DNA from: Caecitellus pseudoparvulus
Taxonomy: Eukaryota; Protista; Bigyra: Bicosoecida
Direction: 5' to 3'
Length of the DNA: 64,000 bases
Assembly (NCBI GenBank): GCA_965644315.1
Contig: CBFFRQ010000053.1
Location: 434,001-498,000 of the forward strand
This document shows positions 42,090 through 53,190 of the stretch, one piece after another. A program made the translations under genes and the position numbers. The notes beneath the pieces are model-generated. The model saw only the letters and a program-made list of their open reading frames with translations. It had not been told where the DNA came from and did no database searches. How positions within the stretch are numbered: position 1 is the first letter of the stretch; every line of letters starts with the position of its first letter.

Positions 42090-45000
42090 TCAGAACTTGA
42101 AGCCTCCCGCGACAGCCGCTCGATGCTTGGAAGACCCCTTCACATTCATGTTGCCCCTCACGAAGTCCTTCGGGGTTCCGCGTGTGCGCGAAGCGGCCAG
42201 GGCAGATGCAGCTGTGCCCCGCAGCTGCGTGTCCACACGCCCCCGAGCCGCCCGCGGCGCGACATACTCTGGAGGTTGGCCCACCACTTCGTACGACCAC
42301 TGCATGTCAGGGGTGTCCACGACCAGGCGGGCACGGCAAGGCTTGCCGTACTCGGTGGGGGCAAAGGTCACAGTGAAGACAGTGCCCTGCGAGCCCTGCC
42401 CAGCGAGCTCCCCCGAGGCTGGGCTCACACTGAACTCAGGGGAAGAATCCAGCGTCAAGCGGGCCCTGAATGGGGCTGGCTCGGGTAGCTGGTTGGTGAG
42501 GGCAAATGACACAGCCCCTAGCTTCCCCAGGCCGGCCTCGATGGTGATGGTGTCATCCGGGTCGGGCGCCGTGGCTTCGAAGACGGCCTCGAACGCCCAC
42601 TGGCCACCTGACGCCTTGGCCACCAGCAGGCGTGCAGGCACACGGGCTGGCTTTAGCGCCTCCAGCTCCACGCGAACTAGCAAGGGCTCCCCCGGCGCGG
42701 AAACTGCACTGCCCTTGTTCAGACACGTCAGCCTCACCGTGTTCGCCAACCACGCGGCATCCCGCGGGTCCACAGCCTCGGCCCTGACGCTGAACGGCTC
42801 GCCAACCGCCGAGGTGGGGAGCCCCACCAGGGGCAACTCCACTTCCTTAGAAGCACGGCTTCGGGCTTTGCCTGAGAATGCGATTGGCTTGCGGCGCCCA
42901 ACTGCCTCTCCAACTCCTCGCAGGGGGAACTGCCACACCAACGAATCGCCAGCTGACTTCACAAGCAGAGTCGCGGTGGACTGGGAAATGACGCTGGGCT
43001 CAAAAGCCAGAGGCACCTGCAAGAAGGCGAGAGGGGGGACGACAGCAGTTGTCTTGCGCAGCAGCTTGAAGTGCCCTGCCGCGTCAGGAGGAGGCAAGGT
43101 GCCCTCAGGGTCTAGTCCCACCACTGTGCTGCCAGTGGGGAGCGGGGGGGCCGCGCGAGCCGCCGCGGCAGCCCCACCACGGCGCTCGTCTTCATCTGGC
43201 GCACCGCTGCGCAGCGTCAACAACACCTTGAGGGGTTTGGGGAATGGGTTGCGGAACGCGACTGACGCAGAAGCTGACGCCCCTGCCGGAGCAGTGATAG
43301 TGGTAGTGGTGGGGTGCACACCAGGCGGTGCACCTTGGCCTTGCAGTATGTAACGCCAGGAACCCAGCCCCGGCGCTGAAGCCGTGACAACGGCTTCTTC
43401 CACCTCTCCAACGCTGCCGGGAGTGTAGGTCAGTGTCACGGGCTTTGTAGCATGCGGTGGTAGAAGCACTGCCTCAGGGGAGACGGTGACGAGGCGAGGA
43501 GCGCTGGAGAGCAACGTCACAGTCACAGGAGACGCAGACGGGTTCTGCACCTCCACTTGGTGAGTGCCCACCTGCCCAACTGGCACGCTCATCTCTGGCA
43601 AGACTTCATCTTGAGGCTCTGTGGCCACCAGCTTCAAGTCATACCAGAACTCACCCGTCGCTGGGGAAGTGAAGGCCAGCGTGCCAGAGCCTGAGCCAGG
43701 AGCTAACGGCGCATACTTCAGCGTGTAGTTCACTGTGCCCCCTGCAGGCACAGTCAGGGAGCTGGGCCCAGACAGATGAGCACCCTCCAGTGCCACGAGG
43801 AACTCCGTGTCAGACTCTGCAGGGTTGTGCAGCGGCACGAGCACCTGGGCCTCTTGCTGCGCGACAGCAGTGAGGGAGAGCGAGCCCTCCGGCTCAGGGC
43901 TGCCCACACGCACCTGCAGGGAAAACCAACAGTAGCGACCCGTTGCGACGTCAACAAGACGCAGTTGGTCCACGAATTCGCCAGAATTAAGAGGGGTGAA
44001 CCGCACCTTCAGCGGCGCCATGCCGGGCACCACCTCACCGCTCAGGCTTGTGGAACTGTCGGTTGACAGCGCAGGGCTGCCAGCGGGAACCTTCAGCACA
44101 GACGGTGTGCGCACGAAGGGCAACTCTGACAGCACTGCAAAGGTTCGAGCGTGCAAGCTGCGGTTCGGCACCTGGAGAGTGACGTCGGCTCTGGACCTCG
44201 CAACCACCTCCACCTCCACGTGATCCTCGGCTCTGGGAGGCTCAGCTTCGCCTGTCAGCTGAATGCGAATGTCTGCTGACGTGGGGCCAGTGTTGTCGAT
44301 GAAGAGCTCCCCTGTGTGGGTGCCCGACCAAGCAGGGGAGAAGGTCAGCGGCAGCTGGCCGCGCGTCCGAGCACGGACGGTCAGCACGGGGGGGAACGAG
44401 AAGGCATGCTTGGCCCGCAGCACTGAGCGTGGGCTACCAGCTGGGCTACCAGCTGGGCTACCCGCTCCCCAGGCGCCCTGCTCTCGCAGGTCGGGTGGGA
44501 CGGCAGACAAGTCCGGGGCGTCTTCCAGCACTGCCTCGGGAGTGAAGGTAGGAGTGAAGTGCCAGTCACTGTCCGTGTTGTTCACGATGGGAATGGCTTG
44601 CGTGATGGGGATGCCAGCGCTGGTGCGCAGTGTCATGGCGCGGGAGATGGTGGGGGGCGACACGGTGAACGTAACGCGCAGCAGGCGCACGTCCCACGCA
44701 GACCGCAAGAGGATGTTCACAGGGTACTCGCCAGGTCCCTTCGGGCGCAACAAGACGGGGAGCAAGTTCAACGAGGGGCCGCTCTCAGGCACAGTCTGCT
44801 CCATCTGTGCGACTTCGTCCAAGGTCAGCAGTGCTGCCTTTGAGGAGCGGCTGGGCTGGCTGGGCCCAGCGTCGCCTTGAGCGGTGCCAGGCCGAGAGCC
44901 CAGGCCTGTGTCCGAGCGGGAGGCAAGCAGAGGGGGGGTGCCGGCTGGACTCAGCAGCAAGGCCTCGGGCACTTCTGCGTACGGGCTGTCCACTTCCACT

Positions 45001-48000
45001 TCGTATTGCACACCGTCCCCTAGAGGTGTCCCGGAGGCGGCATGGTCCAGGCTGAGAGCACCAGCAGCTTTATCGGCATCCCACCGCTTCGTGCACAGCG
45101 ACCGCTGCCGCCTGCCCAGGCGCGACAGCAGGGAGCGCACAGCCTCTGTCACCTGTCCGTTCAGCCACGGGATTGCTACCACCCTGCTAATGGCATCAGC
45201 CATTGGAACCTCCAGGGCCAACCGCGTAGATAAGGCAGGCAGCGCTGCTTGCAACTCGACTTCCCAGACCAGTTCGCCCTGGTCTGGGTCTGACAAGACG
45301 ACGGCTGCCCGGTGCCGGCCCGGCAGCACAGGAAGCGCCTGCACGACCAGGTCACGAGTCTGCCTTGGCTTCAGCACCAATTCTGTCGTGCTGCACCAGA
45401 ACGTCCTAGTCCATGCGTCGTCATCGTCCACTTTGCTTTCTTCGACTGCTGACCCCAGTCGTGGGGACCGCGGAGACCTCACACGTGAGCCATCCTGAAG
45501 AGCGTTGGTGGCTGCGCGCCTGACTTCGGCGCGGGCCGACTCAAGCTCGTGTGGAGGCAAGTTGCTGCCAGGCGGCGCATCGGGCGCCATGGGAATGACA
45601 GTCACCTTGAAGGTGCCGCTCGCTGGCAGACTGTTGCGGAGAGGCACCGTGACTTGTGCACTCGTGCATGCTTCACAGGTGCCAGTCGCGCAGGCCTGCG
45701 GGGGGCGGGTCGCCACGACAGCATGAAGGCTGAAGACCATCACACTCCCTGCCCCCGCGCCCGATTCCCGTAGAGGCTGGAACGTCAGCCGGCCATGCAC
45801 AGTCCCGGAGAAGCGGGGAGTGCAGTCCACTCCGAAGGCAGCAGAGCTGCCAGCCTCGACTCGAAGCCTGCGAGCAGGCAGAGAGAACTCGGGACTGCCC
45901 GACAGCGAGACGCTGTACGTGACAGCGGACGACGAAGGGTTCGTCAACTCGATGTGCTTCGTGGTCGTGGAGCCCAACGCACAGGTGAAGGTGACTGCCG
46001 CGCGTGGGATGAGTGCAGGTAGTGATCGGAACATCCACAAGGCAATGAGCAACGAAATGCGCTGGTCCCCGCCACCCAGGAAGACTTTGTTCGAGGTGGA
46101 GTGAGCCAAGAGCCCAGGCCGCGCAAACAAGGCAGCCTGGGCAACTGCACACCCTTTGGCCGCTTCTTTCGCCGCCGCTGACAGCTCTTGCAGGCGGCCT
46201 GGGTCCCCGCCTGAGCCGCCAGCCCCGCTAATGGCCGAGCACAACCGCGAGGAGGCTTGGTACGTGTCATCAGCTTCCGCGTCGAACCCCGCTGCCTCCA
46301 GGATAGACCCGACTTGAGTGCCAGGGAGAACGTTGGACATGGCTGCCGCCGAAGAAGCGACAGCGAGGCCCACCCCGTCCCCCTCCTCAACGCCAGGCCC
46401 AACCAGGTCGGCCACAGTGAAGGGGGCTTGCAAGTGCAGCGACTGGAGAGCAGCCAAGACACAGCCTGCGTTGGCACGCAGCTCAGAGTCCCCTAGCGGC
46501 TCCAAGTTGAACCCTGCCAAGGGCCCATCAGGCAACGCCAGTTGGGGGGCATGGGAAACCAAGACACCCGCCATGACAACGCCGTCCTTCAGGTCCCTGG
46601 CAAAGTCCACGACCCGACGGGCCGCAGATGGGAAGGCTCGCGCCAAATGGTACTCGAGCCACCTCGAAATCAGCAACTCGCTTACACTGTACACATTGCA
46701 CGGCGCGAGCAAGCTGTCTGGAGCGAACGCTCGCTTCCGAGCCTTGACCAGCGCCGCGAGTGCGCCTGATGCAGACGGATCAGATGCACGGCTGCCATCC
46801 CCAGCTCCTGCAGCATTCGCAGCGGCCTGCGCTGCTGCCACTTGGGCCAAGGCAGCATCCACAGCTGCGTCAGGCTCCATCCCAGGCAGGCTCAGCATGC
46901 CACGCAAAGAGATGCGACCAACCATGAACACCCGCACGCTCTGCAGCACGATACAAGTCCATGCTGCTAGGGATTCAGCATAAAAGGCTGTCGCAGCAGT
47001 GGCTTTGGCTGCCCGCTTGCTCTCCGGGGTTCGGTACTCCAGCACTGGCGCACCGAACACTGGACCGTACAGCCCTGGCGGGGCGGTGCGCACACGGACG
47101 AAGAGGGCCTTAGGCAGCAACGCCTCGGCTCGAACGGGGTGTACCAAGGCCCCATGTGCCTTAAGGAACTTGAGCAGCTCCCGTGCCTGCCCCAACAACA
47201 CCACCGTGCGCTCCCGGCTGCTCTGAGGCAGCTTGCCGGACACCCGGCCTGGAACTGCCTTGCCTGCCAAGCCCTCAATCATGTCCAAGACCGGCTTGCC
47301 ATTCTGAGCGACGATGTCAGCGGGGAACGCCTCGATGGGATTGCGGAGGCACACAGCATTAAGCCACTGGACGAGGTAGGCCGCTGCACGTGAGGAAAGC
47401 GGGCGCTGTGGCACAGTTGGGGGCAAACTGGCCGCCAAGGCTGCCGCTGCCGGGCCCTCCGTGTACTCTGCTTGCACCTTGAGCAGAGCATCTTCTGCAG
47501 CTTTACGCTTGCGAGAGTCCATGCCGCCAGCGCGCGCGCGGGGAGCACCTGCTGAGGCCCGCCCGATGCGGCTGGCCTTCAGCAGGGCGTCAATGCGGGT
47601 CACGACATTGCCCTGCTCGGTGTCCGCAAGGTTTCCCTTTCCTTGCCCTTTGCCGGGTGATGCTTGAGACTGATCAGGTGAGGGGGACATTGGCTGCGCT
47701 CCTGCTTGGGCTGCGGCAAGTGCAGCCTCTGGCATCAGCCGCGGGGCTGTGCCTGGCCGCACCAACAGACCGTGGTCAGCCTTGCGCGCCTCCACGAACG
47801 GGTATGACGTCAGGAGGCTGTTGTCAATGGTTCCCGTCACAGGAAAGGAGTACTTCTTGCCAGCAGCATCGGTGAAGTTGATGGGCACTGTGAATGCAGT
47901 TGGTTTGGAGGACAGCGCCACGACGACCACAGGGAAACTCTGCTTGGCCAGTGACAGCACCCGCCCCTCAGGGAACAGCAGCTTGATGGGCGCTGGCAAG

Positions 48001-51000
48001 GGAGTTCCGGGGTCCCCGACACAGTACTCGACCTCCAAGTGGTCGAATCCCGTGTTCACTACGTCGAAGGTTGCGTGGGCAGGCATGCCTGTCGGCACGG
48101 TGGGCAGCACAACTTCAGGCAGGGAGAAGGACAGCTGGGGCAGGATGCCAGTGCCTCGCACTTCAAGCTCCAAGTATGGTCGCTCTCCAGATGCCTCGCC
48201 TCCCGCGCTCCCCAGTCCAGCTTCCTCGAGTTCCCGTGCCACGGCCTCCTCCGCAGCTTCGTCTTCAAGGCCAGCGGCTGCGACCGAGGCGAGGATGCCG
48301 GCACGCATGCGCGCAGCACGAAGGTTGCCGTCCAAGTAGAGCGGAAGGTTTGCCGCAAACTCCCGTGGCGCATCAGGGGTGAAGTGTACCCGCACCTCCA
48401 TGCTTTCTTCTGGTGCCAGGGAGCCTGCAGCAGGCTCCACGGCAAATACCGGCCCATCAGAGCCCCGGCTTGTTGCAGCCTGCAGCGCGTCCGTGTCAAA
48501 GGCCCACGATAGAGTGGAAACGTCCAGGTTGGTGAAGGCCAGCACTGCTGTGAATGGGAGGCGGCGTGCAGCCCCGGATGGGACAACCTTATACTCAAAG
48601 TCGACTTGCGAGGCCGACACCTGCATGCGTGGTTCCATGCCCCTGGCCAGAACACGCTTCCGCAGTTGGGGTAGAGCAGAGAGGGGCACTCCCGCGACGC
48701 TGAAGGGGACGTCGAACGCATGGCTCCTGGCCTGTGTTGGCTTGAAGACCAGGTCGAAGGCAATTTTCTTGCCTGCCGCGACCTTGACAGTGAAACGCCG
48801 TGGGCCAACCCCAGCAGCGGCCCTGTCGTCCTCTTCGTCATCTAGCCTCCCTTGCGAGGGGATGCTTGCGGCACTGCCAAGTGCTGCAGATGCTAGGGCG
48901 GCTGACTCGCCGCTCACACTCTCGGCGGCAAATGCCGACTCGGCAGAAACGGACATAGAATCCTCACCGAAGCCACCACCTTGCCCAAACCGGCTCACAG
49001 GCGGGGCTGCGGAGAACTGCGGGAACTCTGATAAGTCGCAAGTGACTTGTGTGGAAATGACGCCCGAGTTCACCAGCGTGATTCGTCGGCGCAAAGTGCC
49101 GCCTGTGGTGATACCGCCGAAGTCCAGGTCACCCTCCTCCTCCACAGCCACGCTGGGCATCACCACACTGCCTGAAACAGGCAGGCGCAGGTCCTCACAG
49201 CCGCGAGTGGACACCACCAAGTGGCAACGGTCAGGCAGTGCGAGGGGGCGCGGGGACTGCAGCGTCACGGTGACTTCCAACTCGTCTCCGGGGACAAGGC
49301 GCGCATGCCCAGGCGAGATGTCCAGAGCGGAGTGGGGACGTGACATGTGCAGCACAGCGGGAGACGTGCCTGAGTTGGTGAGTAGAAAAGACATGGATGT
49401 CGGCACGCCCACAGACACATTCCCGAAGGCGACTGCCGCTTCGCTGCTTGCCAGTGTGACGTCTTCCGCCTCAGCGTCCAGGCGCAGCTCTGCCGCAACC
49501 TCCGGCCCTCCTGGCCCTTCCACCAGCAACTGAGCAGTAGTCGCCAGAACTGCGCCAGCCCGCGGGGTGTAAGTGACTGCAGCAACGTCCGTTTCACCTG
49601 GCACCAGTGTGCCCATCGTGGGCGCAAAGGTGTACGCCGCCCCCGGTGGCAGCGCCCAGCGATACCTCGCAGGCGCATTGCCTGGGTTGGTAAGGCTGAT
49701 TTCCATGGATAGATCAGGGTTGGAGGACATCTCTGGGAAGCGGAAGTACAGGCTGGGCTTTGAGACGACGACCTCCAGCGGCACCACACGCGCCGTCACC
49801 AGCACACGGAAGGTGTGGTGTTCGTTCACAGACCACGTCACGAGGAAACGCGGGTCGCCTTCCGTCATCGCATTCAGCTGCACGTCAAACCCAGCCGTAG
49901 CACCCGGAGGAATAACCTGACTCAGCGGCCCAGTACCTGCAAGCTCTTCAGCACCCACCGGCATGCGGAGGGCAACCAGGACGGTGCGCTTGCTCCCGTT
50001 GGTGACAGCAAAGTTTCGCTTGCCAGAGCTCTGCACTGTCATTTGCCCGAATTCCAGCTCGTGCGTGTTTGGGACGATGAGGGACAGCTCCTCTGGCGTC
50101 AGCTGCGCTTCACAGTCCCTCGCTTCGGCCTGGGTGCTGGGAGCCGCTTTAAACTTCTTCTTGACAAGCTTCATGGGGTTTGACGCTGGGTTGCCTTGGC
50201 CATTGCTCCCCTTGCCTTGCGGCCTGCCGGCCTCATCCAGGGGATGAGCCAGCCACAGCCCCTCCTTTGGGCGCGGGAGGCGCAGCATAGGCTCCTGCAG
50301 CGCCACCCGCGGCTCGTCGAAGACCGCCAAGTTCCCCACATCCTCGCTGGGTGTGCGGGTTTTGTCCAGGACGAACTGTTCCGGGGCGCTGGCCATGACA
50401 GAGCTCACCGCCGACCCTGCTGTGCGTCCAGACGCAAGCAACGTGCTCATGCCCAGGCCCCGCGATCGCACAGACTTGGACAGCGACTTGACCAAGGCAG
50501 CCTCCCGAGCCAGGCGCGAAGTCGTGAGGTAGTCGTTGTAGGCCTGCTTGTGCTCGTGGGCTGCGGCCTGGTCTCGGAGGCTGGTTGTGTACGGCGCCCG
50601 GTCGTCTGGGAGGTACTCCATCACCTCCTGCGTCAACGCAGGCGCTTCGCCCCAAGCTTGGCCCGCTCCTTCCTGCCCAGTCACGATGCGCGCAGCCAGC
50701 TCAGGGTCCCGCTGCCACATGGGCTTGAAACGAGCGCCTGCTGTGGAGGAGCGCTCAGCTTGTGCCGGGTCCTCCCCGGGCCGTGTTCGTGTCGGAGCAG
50801 TGCCGGTGCGCTTTGCAGTCGCGGCTGCCTCGCGCTCCACAGCTGCCAGCACAGCAGCTGCATCGCTATCTTGCCCCGTCGCAACGAAGGAGTACTTTGG
50901 AGCGTATGTGTCTGGCGGCGCATCTGCCGAGCGTGGCGGCGCCCGGGGCTGGACCTCCTTAGACACCTCCCCCACTGCTGTCAGGGCAATGCGCTGCAGC

Positions 51001-52559
51001 AGCCGTGGGGACGCCCGGTGTGGTGCGTCAGCCCCGGGCCGCAAGGGCGGCGCCAAGTGCTCCAGGGAAGCCCCTCGGCCACAAGCTGCGGGGTCTGCCA
51101 CGAGCACCCACATGCGCCGACGGTGGCTGCCAGTCACGTGGGGCTTGAAGGTCACCACGACATTCACACCCTCACCAGCCGCAAGGGGGCCACCCTCGGG
51201 CACGCAGGAGAACGGTGCCGACCGAGGAATCTGCCATACGGCAGGGAGATGGTTGTTTGTGTTCTTGATGTGCAATGCAATGTCCCGTCTGCCCCCCAAG
51301 GGTGCTGCGCCGAATGCGAGTGCAGTTTGGCTCACTTCCACACCAGGGCGCACACCCGTGCCAGTCAACGGCAGGACCAGCTTCTGCCGGGTGTCCGAGC
51401 AATGAAACCGCACCGAGCCTGAGAAGTGCTGCGTGGACTGCGCTGCTGTGGCATGGCGAGCGTACGTTTCAGCAGCGGAGGCGGAGGACACGCCGCCTGC
51501 TGACAGCTGTGCCGTGCTGGCCATCTTCAAACCGGAGGCGCGGGAGGCGGCACTTGCCAGAGAAGCCGTGGAGGCTGCCGCTGCTTGGGCCTTAAACGGT
51601 GTAAAAGGGGCTGCAGGAGCAGGTGCGAAGGTCAGCAGCACTTCTTGCTGCCCGCATGCTTTGACGACGCCCTCACTGGGCACGATGCGCACGGGAGGCA
51701 AGGGCCCGGCAGGCGGCCGCGAAGCCTCGTCTCCTAGCTCCTCGGCGTCACCCCCAGACGAGGCTGCTGCACCAAGCACTGCTGCGGTAAAGGAGGCGGG
51801 CTTGGGGCCAGAGTTCACCAGCAGCGCACGCAAGATGCAGCGGGCTCCGAAGTACGCCGCCCCGAAGTGCAGGTCGGACAGCGTGCCGGCAGGCTTGCCG
51901 TCAGCCCCCACCTGCAACAGGTGCAGGGCGTGCTCAGTGACTGCCCCCTGGCAATCCAAGACGCCAGCCGGACGGCCATCCACTTCGACGTTGATGAGCC
52001 CTCGCAGCACGCCGGGACGAGGCGCCGTGGCATCCACTCGCACGGACAGCGTGCCCCCTGGCTCGAGCATACCGTGGGAGGGCGAAACGGTGATTGGCAT
52101 GGACGCTTCGTGTGTGAGGGAGACCTCTGCAGCAATGCTGCCGTCGTTGATAAAGTCCACCGATGCCGATGCTTCCCCACCCAAGGCCATGTGTCCCAGG
52201 TCAAGCGTCGCTGGCCAGCGTACCTTCGCGGAAGGCGCGCGAGCCACGAGGGGCACCGTCACCTCCCCATGCAAACACTGCACAACCAGGGCATCTTTGA
52301 CATGCTGCAAGGCTTTTGGCTGGAAGATCACCTCCAGGGGCAGGGAGAGGCCTGGCGCCAGGGTGGTGCTGTGGAAGGCGCCCAGGCGAAAGTCGCCCGA
52401 CTTTGGCCGCTTGACACCAACGCGCAAGTTGCCACGAGCTGTGTTGCGCACTCGCACAGTGGCACGGTACGTTTGTCCCAGAGCAATGTCTGAGAACTCA
52501 ATGGTTGGAGGCGACACAGCCAGGCTGCCCTGTACAGCTTCGTGCTCGACCGCTGCCAT
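42090..52559 (-). CDS. CFAP47: Cilia- and flagella-associated protein 47 (repeated MSP/ASH Ig-like domains plus calponin-homology region), 3489 aa, single exon
   Basis: N-terminal VSPPTIEFSDIALGQTYRATVRVRN; many xxPxxGxLxPG Ig-like units; CH segment YSVSELLISRWLEYH...DFARDLKDGVV; C-terminal FAPTEYGKPCRARLVVDTPDMQWSYEVVG. Confidence 0.88.
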   Translation of the reverse strand: MAAVEHEAVQGSLAVSPPTIEFSDIALGQTYRATVRVRNTARGNLRVGVKRPKSGDFRLGAFHSTTLAPGLSLPLEVIFQPKALQHVKDALVVQCLHGEVTVPLVARAPSAKVRWPATLDLGHMALGGEASASVDFINDGSIAAEVSLTHEASMPITVSPSHGMLEPGGTLSVRVDATAPRPGVLRGLINVEVDGRPAGVLDCQGAVTEHALHLLQVGADGKPAGTLSDLHFGAAYFGARCILRALLVNSGPKPASFTAAVLGAAASSGGDAEELGDEASRPPAGPLPPVRIVPSEGVVKACGQQEVLLTFAPAPAAPFTPFKAQAAAASTASLASAASRASGLKMASTAQLSAGGVSSASAAETYARHATAAQSTQHFSGSVRFHCSDTRQKLVLPLTGTGVRPGVEVSQTALAFGAAPLGGRRDIALHIKNTNNHLPAVWQIPRSAPFSCVPEGGPLAAGEGVNVVVTFKPHVTGSHRRRMWVLVADPAACGRGASLEHLAPPLRPGADAPHRASPRLLQRIALTAVGEVSKEVQPRAPPRSADAPPDTYAPKYSFVATGQDSDAAAVLAAVEREAAATAKRTGTAPTRTRPGEDPAQAERSSTAGARFKPMWQRDPELAARIVTGQEGAGQAWGEAPALTQEVMEYLPDDRAPYTTSLRDQAAAHEHKQAYNDYLTTSRLAREAALVKSLSKSVRSRGLGMSTLLASGRTAGSAVSSVMASAPEQFVLDKTRTPSEDVGNLAVFDEPRVALQEPMLRLPRPKEGLWLAHPLDEAGRPQGKGSNGQGNPASNPMKLVKKKFKAAPSTQAEARDCEAQLTPEELSLIVPNTHELEFGQMTVQSSGKRNFAVTNGSKRTVLVALRMPVGAEELAGTGPLSQVIPPGATAGFDVQLNAMTEGDPRFLVTWSVNEHHTFRVLVTARVVPLEVVVSKPSLYFRFPEMSSNPDLSMEISLTNPGNAPARYRWALPPGAAYTFAPTMGTLVPGETDVAAVTYTPRAGAVLATTAQLLVEGPGGPEVAAELRLDAEAEDVTLASSEAAVAFGNVSVGVPTSMSFLLTNSGTSPAVLHMSRPHSALDISPGHARLVPGDELEVTVTLQSPRPLALPDRCHLVVSTRGCEDLRLPVSGSVVMPSVAVEEEGDLDFGGITTGGTLRRRITLVNSGVISTQVTCDLSEFPQFSAAPPVSRFGQGGGFGEDSMSVSAESAFAAESVSGESAALASAALGSAASIPSQGRLDDEEDDRAAAGVGPRRFTVKVAAGKKIAFDLVFKPTQARSHAFDVPFSVAGVPLSALPQLRKRVLARGMEPRMQVSASQVDFEYKVVPSGAARRLPFTAVLAFTNLDVSTLSWAFDTDALQAATSRGSDGPVFAVEPAAGSLAPEESMEVRVHFTPDAPREFAANLPLYLDGNLRAARMRAGILASVAAAGLEDEAAEEAVARELEEAGLGSAGGEASGERPYLELEVRGTGILPQLSFSLPEVVLPTVPTGMPAHATFDVVNTGFDHLEVEYCVGDPGTPLPAPIKLLFPEGRVLSLAKQSFPVVVVALSSKPTAFTVPINFTDAAGKKYSFPVTGTIDNSLLTSYPFVEARKADHGLLVRPGTAPRLMPEAALAAAQAGAQPMSPSPDQSQASPGKGQGKGNLADTEQGNVVTRIDALLKASRIGRASAGAPRARAGGMDSRKRKAAEDALLKVQAEYTEGPAAAALAASLPPTVPQRPLSSRAAAYLVQWLNAVCLRNPIEAFPADIVAQNGKPVLDMIEGLAGKAVPGRVSGKLPQSSRERTVVLLGQARELLKFLKAHGALVHPVRAEALLPKALFVRVRTAPPGLYGPVFGAPVLEYRTPESKRAAKATAATAFYAESLAAWTCIVLQSVRVFMVGRISLRGMLSLPGMEPDAAVDAALAQVAAAQAAANAAGAGDGSRASDPSASGALAALVKARKRAFAPDSLLAPCNVYSVSELLISRWLEYHLARAFPSAARRVVDFARDLKDGVVMAGVLVSHAPQLALPDGPLAGFNLEPLGDSELRANAGCVLAALQSLHLQAPFTVADLVGPGVEEGDGVGLAVASSAAAMSNVLPGTQVGSILEAAGFDAEADDTYQASSRLCSAISGAGGSGGDPGRLQELSAAAKEAAKGCAVAQAALFARPGLLAHSTSNKVFLGGGDQRISLLIALWMFRSLPALIPRAAVTFTCALGSTTTKHIELTNPSSSAVTYSVSLSGSPEFSLPARRLRVEAGSSAAFGVDCTPRFSGTVHGRLTFQPLRESGAGAGSVMVFSLHAVVATRPPQACATGTCEACTSAQVTVPLRNSLPASGTFKVTVIPMAPDAPPGSNLPPHELESARAEVRRAATNALQDGSRVRSPRSPRLGSAVEESKVDDDDAWTRTFWCSTTELVLKPRQTRDLVVQALPVLPGRHRAAVVLSDPDQGELVWEVELQAALPALSTRLALEVPMADAISRVVAIPWLNGQVTEAVRSLLSRLGRRQRSLCTKRWDADKAAGALSLDHAASGTPLGDGVQYEVEVDSPYAEVPEALLLSPAGTPPLLASRSDTGLGSRPGTAQGDAGPSQPSRSSKAALLTLDEVAQMEQTVPESGPSLNLLPVLLRPKGPGEYPVNILLRSAWDVRLLRVTFTVSPPTISRAMTLRTSAGIPITQAIPIVNNTDSDWHFTPTFTPEAVLEDAPDLSAVPPDLREQGAWGAGSPAGSPAGSPRSVLRAKHAFSFPPVLTVRARTRGQLPLTFSPAWSGTHTGELFIDNTGPTSADIRIQLTGEAEPPRAEDHVEVEVVARSRADVTLQVPNRSLHARTFAVLSELPFVRTPSVLKVPAGSPALSTDSSTSLSGEVVPGMAPLKVRFTPLNSGEFVDQLRLVDVATGRYCWFSLQVRVGSPEPEGSLSLTAVAQQEAQVLVPLHNPAESDTEFLVALEGAHLSGPSSLTVPAGGTVNYTLKYAPLAPGSGSGTLAFTSPATGEFWYDLKLVATEPQDEVLPEMSVPVGQVGTHQVEVQNPSASPVTVTLLSSAPRLVTVSPEAVLLPPHATKPVTLTYTPGSVGEVEEAVVTASAPGLGSWRYILQGQGAPPGVHPTTTTITAPAGASASASVAFRNPFPKPLKVLLTLRSGAPDEDERRGGAAAAARAAPPLPTGSTVVGLDPEGTLPPPDAAGHFKLLRKTTAVVPPLAFLQVPLAFEPSVISQSTATLLVKSAGDSLVWQFPLRGVGEAVGRRKPIAFSGKARSRASKEVELPLVGLPTSAVGEPFSVRAEAVDPRDAAWLANTVRLTCLNKGSAVSAPGEPLLVRVELEALKPARVPARLLVAKASGGQWAFEAVFEATAPDPDDTITIEAGLGKLGAVSFALTNQLPEPAPFRARLTLDSSPEFSVSPASGELAGQGSQGTVFTVTFAPTEYGKPCRARLVVDTPDMQWSYEVVGQPPEYVAPRAARGRVDTQLRGTAASALAASRTRGTPKDFVRGNMNVKGSSKHRAAVAGGFKF

Positions 52560-53190
52560 GATGCCGCAGCAGTGTCTGCTCCTGCGCCAGCCAGGCGTGC
52601 GTGCCTGCGCCTTGGAACTGACGTGAGGGCTGAAGCAGCCCGTCCCACGCAGCCGTCTACTGTGCTTGGACGTATTGCGGCGCCTTTTTCCCCGGTCAGC
52701 TTCCGGAAGCGCGTGAAGCGGTGGTGAGACGATGCCAAGCAGTGGAAGTTGATGAGAGATCGTGCGCTTGGGCAGCAGCCTGGTGGCCAGAGCAAGAGCC
52801 TACCACGGGCGTACAGCCACACAAGGGGAAGGACACGTAGGTGTGAAGGGTCTCGCGAGATTTGTGACGTTTCAATGACTGCGGTGACTATGCGGCGTAC
52901 ATGGTCTCGCAATTGACGCTTGTCAGCCCACATACAAACCCAGGCACCGAGAGAGCCGAACGAAGTTCGGCACAAACACAAAATCTACAACATCCCACGT
53001 TCACAGCGCCCCAGGTGCACCGCCCTTTCGCCAGGTCCTCCCTACTCCCACCTCGCACTCGACAAGTTGAGCAAGTCCGCCCAGGTACGTGCCCAGGCTT
53101 GCCGCTCGCTGGCATGCAGCACCGCGAGCTCAAGGTGGAAAGTCCCCAGCAAGCACACTTTCTGCTACATATATACAGGCTTTCACTACC

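Noticed and set aside
44431-44463. 12-bp tandem repeat (gggctaccagct)x~3
   Set aside because: Only a coding micro-repeat (GSPA x3) in a CFAP47 linker.
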